Assembly: GCF_900232105.1 (NCBI RefSeq)
Contig: NZ_LT934425.1
Location: 120,001 to 152,000 of the forward strand
Reading direction: 5' to 3'
DNA length: 32,000 bases
Source of the DNA: Candidatus Kuenenia stuttgartensis
GTDB taxonomy: Bacteria; Planctomycetota; Brocadiia; Brocadiales; Brocadiaceae
The notes beneath the pieces were generated by a model that saw only the letters and a list, made by a program, of their open reading frames with translations, did not search any database and was not told where the DNA came from. The position numbers and the translations under genes were made by a program. This document shows positions 25,716-32,000 of this stretch, piece by piece (the stretch's first letter is position 1; every line of letters begins with the position of its first letter).

Positions 25716-26735
25716 ATGATACACAAATCAATAAAAACCATCGGTAAACTATTTATAGTTTTCTTTTGCACGGTTGTTTTCATACATACACCATGGAAAA
25801 TCTGCATGAGTAAGGAGGTAAAAAATAATCAGGAAAGGGGACAATGGGATTCATTATTGTTTCAAATAAAGGATGTATATGACGCCATGGCAGATATGGA
25901 TACAAGCAATATACCGCTGAGAGATAAAATCAGAGGATGGGAGATTTTTTTAAATACAGATGCGGTACAGCTTGATAACCCGCATTCAGATGAAGACGAT
26001 TCAATCCGCAAGAAAATAAAAGAAAGAATCGAATACTGGAAGTATATTGAAACCCTTGCATTAGCGGATTTGCACGAAGAATCAAATAAGCCTTCAGAAA
26101 TGCGCATTGTGGCAGATGCTCAATGGCAGAAAGAGATACTGGCAAATAAGTATTTTCTAAACGCAAAAAAATACATGGATAAGGGCGATTATATTAACGC
26201 TGAGATCTGTTTTGAAAAACTCATGTCATTGGGGACAAGACTATCGCCCAACGTATATTATTTACGCAGCGCCATTCAGGTTGAAAGTGAGAAATATGAA
26301 GACGCTGTGCAGACGCTTAACGACTATTTGGGACAAATAGGCAGTTCGTCTTATTATGAGGAAGTTACTTCATTGTCCGCTGACGCACGGGAGAAAGAGG
26401 TGGAAAACCGGGGAAAAGAGGGAGATATCCTGAAAAGAGAAATGGAGGTCCGGATTGAAGATGCAAAAAATACCCTTAACGCTTATCGGAAATTGTTAGA
26501 ACGCCGGGCAGAGGTTTATCGCGAGGAACTCGAATTGTTGTCCGACAGGGGTGAAGATATTTCAGGGGATGTAGTGAGGGATTACGAAAAAGAAGAAATC
26601 TCCCTTAAACCGGAAGAAAAAAATAGAATCGAAGAAGCAAAAAAGATGTTAATTACGTATTTGAAACAAGCGGAACAAAAACCAAAGGCTTATCAGGAAG
26701 TATTGAATTTACTCATGAACCCTGATAAAAACTGA
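25716..26735 (+). CDS. Membrane-anchored/secreted TPR-like and coiled-coil protein, hypothetical
   Basis: The first ATG is at 25716; the ORF track starts at TTG 25599. N-terminal hydrophobic segment IGKLFIVFFCTVVFI. TPR-like ...AKKYMDKGDYINAEICFEKLMSLG...SEKYEDAVQTLNDYL. The C-terminal third is rich in E/K/R heptad-like sequence. Confidence 0.55.
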   Translation: MIHKSIKTIGKLFIVFFCTVVFIHTPWKICMSKEVKNNQERGQWDSLLFQIKDVYDAMADMDTSNIPLRDKIRGWEIFLNTDAVQLDNPHSDEDDSIRKKIKERIEYWKYIETLALADLHEESNKPSEMRIVADAQWQKEILANKYFLNAKKYMDKGDYINAEICFEKLMSLGTRLSPNVYYLRSAIQVESEKYEDAVQTLNDYLGQIGSSSYYEEVTSLSADAREKEVENRGKEGDILKREMEVRIEDAKNTLNAYRKLLERRAEVYREELELLSDRGEDISGDVVRDYEKEEISLKPEEKNRIEEAKKMLITYLKQAEQKPKAYQEVLNLLMNPDKN

Positions 26736-26752
26736 GATAAAAAAAACGAAGT

Positions 26753-26781
26753 ACGAATTACGATTTTAAATCGTAATTCGT
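26753..26781. terminator. 29-nt palindrome ACGAATTACGATTT-t-AAATCGTAATTCGT between convergent genes (candidate bidirectional terminator)
   Basis: 14-bp perfect arms read directly. It lies 18 nt after the plus-strand stop and 12 nt beyond the minus-strand gene's stop. It is AT-rich, so stem stability is modest. Confidence 0.45.
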
Positions 26782-26792
26782 AAATCGTAAAT

Positions 26793-27953
26793 CTAAAGAT
26801 GAAGCAAACGTCCCTCACCATACACAGTAACGGGATAGCTGGTTAGATCAAACGGGTCTCCGTTCCAGCATACAAATGACGCCCATTTATCAGGTTCTAA
26901 AGAGCCTAATATTGTATCTATTCCCAGTATCCATGCATTTTTTGCCGTGATGATTTCAATTGCCTGTTGTTTGCTTAATCCGAAACGAATAAACCAGCGC
27001 AGTTGCAAAAGAATCATTCTCTGTAATATTACTGGATGGTCTGACATGAGGCCGAACGATACGTTTGATTCCAAGAGGTATCGCAGGTTTTTCCAGTTTT
27101 CGTGTTTTAATTCTACCTTATACGCCAGTGAATCCATAGGCCCGTAAATAACAGGTATATTTCTTTCCCTTAATTTATGGAATATATCAATTTTATGAAC
27201 ATCGCATGCGTGGTCAATGGTAAACTTTATGGCATACTCAGGGTGTATTGCCTTGAATTCGTCTGCAAACCGCAGAAATGATTCGATATCGTCCGTCTTA
27301 TGTACGTGTACCCTCAATACTATTTTTCCGCAGAGAATGTCACGCAGGATTTCATCTTCACGGGAAAAATCTATATCTTTCATTTCTGTGCCCTTCGCTA
27401 TTTTTTCCATTTTTTTTATTACGGCATATAGTTTTTCCCTAAAGAGGGCCAAAGCGCCCATGCGTGTATATGGGCGTTTTCCCTTCCATTCACGTGTTGA
27501 CATGGGATTGTATCCCAGCGCCGCTTTTATGCTAATTGGCGCTTCCCTGATGAGGGCGTTTGTGGTTGTGCTTCCGTAGTTGCGGATAACCGCCGAGCTA
27601 CCGCCAAGAATATTCCCGCTGCCTGGCAAAACACAGGAATAAAGTATGCCTGCTTCTATTGAGTCGGCGAAAGATACATCATCCATTTGTACGGAATCAA
27701 TGGCGTTTGCAAGTGTTAAAAATGTATCCATTTTCTCATTTGCTTCTTCTTCACTCGCAGGTTCTCCTGCCCTGCACATCCCTATATGGCAATGGGGATC
27801 AATAAATGCAGGGGTGATTACCGGATACTCACCAAGCATTTCTCCCTGACGTGTATTTGAAACGTTAGCTACCGTATTGTGGTCAAAATTAATGAAAGCG
27901 TCTTTTATGACCTCTTTGCCGGTATAAATAATAGCGCCTTTCATCGAAAGCAT
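26793..27953 (-). CDS. Metal-dependent amidohydrolase-superfamily protein
   Basis: PAFIDPHCHIG (HxH metal motif after beta-strand 1), ...LRVHVHK... and ...IDHACDV... are consistent with the amidohydrolase TIM-barrel ligand pattern. The start ATG overlaps the upstream TAA by 1 nt (TAATG). Confidence 0.75.
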   Translation of the reverse strand: MLSMKGAIIYTGKEVIKDAFINFDHNTVANVSNTRQGEMLGEYPVITPAFIDPHCHIGMCRAGEPASEEEANEKMDTFLTLANAIDSVQMDDVSFADSIEAGILYSCVLPGSGNILGGSSAVIRNYGSTTTNALIREAPISIKAALGYNPMSTREWKGKRPYTRMGALALFREKLYAVIKKMEKIAKGTEMKDIDFSREDEILRDILCGKIVLRVHVHKTDDIESFLRFADEFKAIHPEYAIKFTIDHACDVHKIDIFHKLRERNIPVIYGPMDSLAYKVELKHENWKNLRYLLESNVSFGLMSDHPVILQRMILLQLRWFIRFGLSKQQAIEIITAKNAWILGIDTILGSLEPDKWASFVCWNGDPFDLTSYPVTVYGEGRLLHL

Positions 27954-28702
27954 TATTGTTTCTCCCTGATAATAAACGTGCCTTCCGGTGGTTGAAAAAG
28001 GATAGTTTTTACCCGCTCCTGCATCAGATTGCCAAACAACCTTGCTTGTTCATCAGTTGCTTTGCCGGAGAGCGTCAGAGGCATAAGTTTTTCCATGCGT
28101 TCATCCGCATGTGCCAGTGCCGGGTCGTAAGTGATTTCAACCGTTTTCCCCGTGTCCCTTCGCTGAAATAACAATGTACACGTTGCTTTTGTATCTGTCT
28201 TTTGTTCAGGAGCAAATGACATCAAATTGTACCGTCCATATTTTCCGGCAGGGCCAAAGCCCTTAAAACCGTTCTCGGCGGCTGCGCCGGTTATCATGGA
28301 CACAATCTGTGATATTGGCCCGTTTACATTTTCATCGACGCCACCCATGATGGTCACACTTATATTTCCCCTTACCGGCGTCTCCTTGCCGTATAATGCC
28401 TTCAGCGCCAATTGGGTTGATTTGTACGCACCGGCAACTGCAGGACAGGAATGTCCGGCAAACTTTACCGCATCGGCATACGTAAAAACAAACGCTCCAT
28501 CGTTGTCAATTGCGCCCAGGATGACCGCCAACGGATCTTTAAGTGTGATCGGTTCAGCAACGTCAAAAAAATCCTGCGCAAATTTCGTTTGTCCTTCTGC
28601 GAATACCAAATTACCATTAAGCAACTTACACAAAGGGAGTAATAGCATAAAACAAAAGAAGACTCGTTTTGCCAGCAGGGCAACAGTATGTGATTTATTC
28701 AT
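27953..28702 (-). CDS. Secreted/anchored FmdE-like domain protein, hypothetical
   Basis: From the ATG at 28702: hydrophobic N-terminus VFFCFMLLLPLC. FAGHSCPAVAGAYKSTQLAL resembles the FmdE H-x-CP-x-x-x-x-G motif. ISQIVSMITGAAAENGFKGFGPAGKYGRYNLMSF resembles the following Q-x-x-TG...GK...F block. Eye-level similarity only. Confidence 0.4.
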   Translation of the reverse strand: MNKSHTVALLAKRVFFCFMLLLPLCKLLNGNLVFAEGQTKFAQDFFDVAEPITLKDPLAVILGAIDNDGAFVFTYADAVKFAGHSCPAVAGAYKSTQLALKALYGKETPVRGNISVTIMGGVDENVNGPISQIVSMITGAAAENGFKGFGPAGKYGRYNLMSFAPEQKTDTKATCTLLFQRRDTGKTVEITYDPALAHADERMEKLMPLTLSGKATDEQARLFGNLMQERVKTILFQPPEGTFIIREKQ

Positions 28703-28800
28703 TGGTGTAAAATTCCTTTTTAATAATAACGTCAATGTAATTCTCTATTGAAGAAAATACAATAGTCATATAAAATGTTTCACTTGTGGTAAATTTTTTA

Positions 28801-28827
28801 ATCTATGTAATCTATGTAATCTGTAGT
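28801..28827. repeat. Tandem 9-bp repeat x3 (ATCTATGTA ATCTATGTA ATCTGTAGT)
   Basis: Read directly. It lies in the divergent intergenic region between the FmdE-like gene and mqnA. Confidence 0.7.
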
Positions 28828-28854
28828 TCCGCCTTTCGTATTTCATGCTTGATT

Positions 28855-28877
28855 GGTGCTGGCTATGCCAGTTTAGG
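28855..28877 (+). promoter_or_regulatory. Conserved 23-nt hairpin motif, copy 2 (GGTGCTGGCTATGCCAGTTTAGG), upstream of mqnA
   Basis: 21/23 identity to the reverse complement of 1432..1454. It lies 32 nt upstream of the ATG at 28910 and 92 nt upstream of the ATG at 28970. Confidence 0.5.
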
Positions 28878-28969
28878 AATATGTTAAGTAATATAGCTTC
28901 AGGGCCTGTATGAAAAGTAAAGTAATAGAGGCTAGTTTATCTAAGAATAAAGATTTAGGCAAGTGCAAT

Positions 28970-29764
28970 ATGACAGAAAAGATCAGGATAGGCATTGTCC
29001 CTTATATGAACGCAAAGCCTTTGATATATGGACTTGAATGCCATAAAGATTCCATAGAATTGTTATTTGAAGTGCCTTCGCTTTTGCCTGGCATGCTGAA
29101 CAATGATCGTATTGATGTAGCCCTCATTCCTTCCATTGAATATTTCAGGAATGGGTGTTTTGCAATTATACCGCATATAGCAATCGCTTCCCACGGGGCG
29201 GTTGAAAGCGTTAAGATATTTTCTAAAGTACCGATTGCAAACATACAAACTGCGGCATTAGACACAAGTTCATTAACTTCCCGCGCACTTACAAGGATTA
29301 TTTTACATGGTCAATATCACCTTACGCCCGGGTACACGCAATTTAATGAACAGTATAACATTGCTGAAACAAGGGCAGATGCTGTTTTAATTATTGGCGA
29401 TAACGCTATCAAGGCGGCAGACAATGGGTACGTTACCTTAGACCTCGGACAGGCATGGTATGAATATACAAGACTGCCTTTTGTTTATGCGGTCTGGGTG
29501 GTGAAACGAGGGAGAAAAATACCCGGACTAAACGAATTACTGTTGAACTCAAAAAAAATGGGCATTCAGCACATAAAAGAAATTGCCGTGTCTGAAGCAA
29601 AACGGCTTAATATATCATTCGATACATGCCTGCATTATCTTACAAATGCTATTCAATACGATTTAGAGAAGGAGGAGATACAAGGGCTTAAGAAATTTTA
29701 CCAGTGTGCGGTAGCAATAGAATTAGCGCCCAAAGGAGAAAGGGTTATATTTAATGACACCTGA
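28970..29764 (+). CDS. mqnA: Chorismate dehydratase (futalosine pathway); alternative upstream start at 28910
   Basis: MTEKIRIGIVPYMNAKPLIYGL...DVALIPSIEY...SSLTSRALTRIIL...AVLIIGDNA...LPFVYAVWVV matches the MqnA/MqnD periplasmic-binding-like family. The MqnA-type N-terminus (lriG-i-ylN-kPl) is present. Confidence 0.85.
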   Translation: MTEKIRIGIVPYMNAKPLIYGLECHKDSIELLFEVPSLLPGMLNNDRIDVALIPSIEYFRNGCFAIIPHIAIASHGAVESVKIFSKVPIANIQTAALDTSSLTSRALTRIILHGQYHLTPGYTQFNEQYNIAETRADAVLIIGDNAIKAADNGYVTLDLGQAWYEYTRLPFVYAVWVVKRGRKIPGLNELLLNSKKMGIQHIKEIAVSEAKRLNISFDTCLHYLTNAIQYDLEKEEIQGLKKFYQCAVAIELAPKGERVIFNDT

Positions 29765-30836
29765 TTACTGCCCGGCAGACAAGCATCTGCAGGAAGTACT
29801 TTTAAAACCGGTACAAAATAAAAGAATAACTGCTGATGAAGGTGCATGTCTCTTTGAATATAAAGAGCTTCTCATGTTGGGAATTGCTGCTGACGAGGTC
29901 TGCAAGATGAAACACCCGGAAAACTTCCGTACCTACATTATTGACAGAAACATCAATTATACGAATATTTGCACATCAGGGTGCAAATTCTGCGCCTTTT
30001 ATAAAAATATTGAACATAGTGATGGATACATCATTTCAAAAAAGGAGCTTTATAAAAAAATAGAAGAAACTTTAGCATTAGGCGGTAAGCAGATACTCAT
30101 GCAAGGGGGACTGCACCCAGCGCTAAAGATAGATTTTTATACTGATTTATTACTCTCCATTAAGAAAAACTTCGATATACACATACACGCCTTTTCTCCT
30201 CCGGAGATAATGCATTTTTCCCATCTAAATACCCTACCAATGCCGGAAGTGATACGTATATTAAAAGAAGCGGGGCTTGATTCCATTCCAGGCGGCGGCG
30301 CTGAAATATTGACGGATCGTTGCAGAAAAATCATAAGCCCAAATAAATGTTCTGCGCGGGAATGGCTGGACGTGATGCAATCTGCCCATGAACAGGGCAT
30401 GAAAACGACTGCTACAATGATGTTTGGCCATATCGAAACTACGGAAGAACGCATCGAACATTTTGAAAAAATCCGGCAGCTCCAGGATAAAACAGGCGGG
30501 TTTACCGCCTTTATCGCATGGACATTTCAACCGAAAAACACACAATTGGAAAACGCTCTTTCCGGCAGTCATGATTATTTAAAAACCTTAGCCATTTCCC
30601 GGCTGTATCTTGATAACATTGAGAATATCCAGGCATCATGGGTCACACAAGGCGCTAAAATAGCGCAACTCTCTTTAAAATTCGGTGCGAATGACATGGG
30701 GAGCACAATGATTGAGGAAAATGTTGTGAAGGCAGCGGGAGTAAGTTATACCATGGAAAAAGAGGAAATTGAATTTTTGATAAACGACGCCGGCTACCAG
30801 GCGAAACAGCGCGATTTATATTATACCCTCGTGTAA
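29754..30836 (+). CDS. mqnC: Radical-SAM futalosine-pathway enzyme, MqnC (cyclic dehypoxanthinyl futalosine synthase) or MqnE (aminofutalosine synthase)
   Basis: NINYTNICTSGCKFCAF (CxxxCxxC cluster), ...ILMQGGLHP...HIHAFSPPEI...GLDSIPGGGAEIL...KTTATMMFGHIETTEERIEHFEKIRQLQDKTGGFTAFIAWTFQP. It overlaps mqnA by 11 nt. The YIIDRNINYTN context looks MqnC-like to me, but I cannot separate MqnC from MqnE by eye. Confidence 0.8.
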   Translation: MTPDYCPADKHLQEVLLKPVQNKRITADEGACLFEYKELLMLGIAADEVCKMKHPENFRTYIIDRNINYTNICTSGCKFCAFYKNIEHSDGYIISKKELYKKIEETLALGGKQILMQGGLHPALKIDFYTDLLLSIKKNFDIHIHAFSPPEIMHFSHLNTLPMPEVIRILKEAGLDSIPGGGAEILTDRCRKIISPNKCSAREWLDVMQSAHEQGMKTTATMMFGHIETTEERIEHFEKIRQLQDKTGGFTAFIAWTFQPKNTQLENALSGSHDYLKTLAISRLYLDNIENIQASWVTQGAKIAQLSLKFGANDMGSTMIEENVVKAAGVSYTMEKEEIEFLINDAGYQAKQRDLYYTLV

Positions 30837-30945
30837 ATCCATTGTCTTCCGAATAAGAGAGAGAATTATGTGGGATGGGTCAAAGCCTGTGTCCCGAGCA
30901 TGCCGAATGGACGAAGCAGACCCATCAGTAACATTTCTATACTGT

Positions 30946-31038
30946 AAGAGTTCACAAACAGGGATTTCTAAAATTAGATTTAACTTTTGTTGACATAGAT
31001 AGTTATAGCATTTCTGAAATCACATTTTGTGAACCCTT
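30946..31038. repeat. Roughly 93-bp segment bounded by inverted repeats AAGAGTTCACAAA / TTTGTGAACCCTT, with an internal direct repeat ATTTCT(A/G)AAAT
   Basis: Read directly. The 9-bp perfect core is GTTCACAAA at 30950..30958 against TTTGTGAAC at 31026..31034. It lies between convergent genes. Confidence 0.3.
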
Positions 31039-31047
31039 TGAGTATAT

Positions 31048-31998
31048 CTATGCTGAAATATTACAAATATTTTGTATGAAGGAAACCCTTTCTTCCAAAG
31101 TGTTTAGTTCTTTGTAGCGTTGCTCAACGATTTTCAGACGCGGCAATAATCCTGCGCAATTGGCGATTTGGATGTTGAGACCCGGACGCGCATTCAATTC
31201 TAAGAGCATAGGCCCCTTGTCTCTGTCAATAACAATATCTATTCCCTGATAACCTAATCCTGTGAGTTGGTAACACCGTGCGGCCAGGTTCAATAAATTC
31301 TCCCAGTTTGGGATCTTTATGCCGGTTATTTCAATACCTGTATCCGGGTGTTCCGTAATAATATCATTAAACCATACCCCTGTAGTGGTGATACCTGTTG
31401 CTATATCAATACCAACGCCTATTGCACCCTGATGCAAATTTGCTTTGCCATTCGATAAATGTGTTGGCAGGCGCATCATTGACATAACCGGCACTCCGAG
31501 AAAAACAATAATGCGAATATCAGGCATTCCCTGATAGGTAAGGTCTCTGAAAAATGGGGCAAGCTGCACCGTATATTCTACGAACGCCCTATCGGTATGT
31601 CCTCCTATACTATATACGCCGCTAAGAATCTCTAAAATGTGATTTTCAAGGAACTCTTCACTAACGATCGTCCTTCCCAGGGTTCGATATCCTTTCTTAG
31701 AATGGCCGGTGATAACGATTATGCCATTTCCACTGCTCCCATGGGCAGGTTTAATAACGAATGTGGAATGTTTTTTGAGAATGGCATGTATATCCCGTGC
31801 CTGATGGTTTACTGCTACAACGGCATACAATTCGGGGACGTTAATGCCCGCCTGTATTGCAAGTTTCTTGGTAAGTAATTTGTCATCCACAAGCGGGTAT
31901 AGGCACCGCTTATTATACTTTGAGATATAATCGATATTACGGCGATTAATTCCAACAATTCCTAATTTATGCAATTGTTTTATGAGTTTTGGAATCAT
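31048..31998 (-). CDS. Alpha-L-glutamate ligase-related ATP-grasp protein (RimK-related family)
   Basis: GIVGINRRNIDYISKYNKRCLYPLVDDKLLTKKLAIQAGINVPELY...FVIKPAHGSSGNGI...LLELNARPGLNIQIAN is the characteristic sequence of the RimK-related ligase-like family (ATP-grasp). Confidence 0.8.
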   Translation of the reverse strand: MIPKLIKQLHKLGIVGINRRNIDYISKYNKRCLYPLVDDKLLTKKLAIQAGINVPELYAVVAVNHQARDIHAILKKHSTFVIKPAHGSSGNGIIVITGHSKKGYRTLGRTIVSEEFLENHILEILSGVYSIGGHTDRAFVEYTVQLAPFFRDLTYQGMPDIRIIVFLGVPVMSMMRLPTHLSNGKANLHQGAIGVGIDIATGITTTGVWFNDIITEHPDTGIEITGIKIPNWENLLNLAARCYQLTGLGYQGIDIVIDRDKGPMLLELNARPGLNIQIANCAGLLPRLKIVEQRYKELNTLEERVSFIQNICNISA

Positions 31999-32000
31999 TA

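Noticed and set aside
30868-30993. 41-aa ORF (MWDGSKPVSRACRMDEADPSV...) in the mqnC/rimK-like spacer
   Set aside because: It has a weak ribosome-binding site and coincides with the stem-forming repeats. There is no support for coding.
1-32000. CRISPR arrays, rRNA and tRNA genes
   Set aside because: No regularly spaced direct repeats of 24-48 nt were seen, and no rRNA- or tRNA-like sequence. The only tandem repeat is the 9-mer x3 at 28801.

Overview
AT-rich bacterial chromosomal window, about 85% coding. Taxonomy cannot be established from the sequence. The futalosine menaquinone genes, the many hybrid signalling proteins and a lysine-rich histone-H1-like tail would fit a planctomycete/anammox-like or deltaproteobacterial genome, but that is a guess.

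Gene order:
(1) Minus strand: hemL, a PhoU-like gene, then the 5' part of an F-type ATP synthase operon (atpZ-like, atpI-like, atpB, atpE).
(2) Plus strand: purN, a secreted metzincin protease and a TonB-dependent receptor. These are followed by two periplasmic binding-protein genes with no transporter partner and a 967-aa hybrid histidine kinase (HAMP-HisKA-HATPase-REC-REC-Hpt).
(3) A tightly packed plus-strand run: DUF433/PIN-like toxin-antitoxin pair, REC-GGDEF diguanylate cyclase, SNF2 ATPase, and a SWIM zinc-finger protein with a histone-H1-like tail.
(4) A 505-bp convergent intergenic region with repeated palindromes, an HI0933-type flavoprotein and a secreted protein.
(5) A decayed, mobile-element-rich patch. 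A PtsN-like EIIA gene is cleanly split by a 2004-bp IS1634/IS4-type element with 22/23 terminal inverted repeats and a CTAG duplication. It is followed by an IS3-family transposase fragment carrying in-frame stops.
(6) A small membrane protein plus a TPR/coiled-coil protein, and an amidohydrolase plus an FmdE-like protein lying divergent from mqnA and an mqnC/E radical-SAM gene.
(7) A RimK-related glutamate-ligase-like gene at the 3' edge.

No rRNA, tRNA or CRISPR array was found.

Most interesting observations:
- The receptor + binding proteins + kinase module, which has no transporter genes.
- The GGDEF-SNF2-SWIM/H1-tail operon.
- A 23-nt hairpin motif (21/23 identical) placed in the same way upstream of atpB and mqnA.
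- A c-subunit with a partial Na+-binding signature and a roughly 35-aa C-terminal extension.

All functional calls come from reading the translations by eye. No database search was run.
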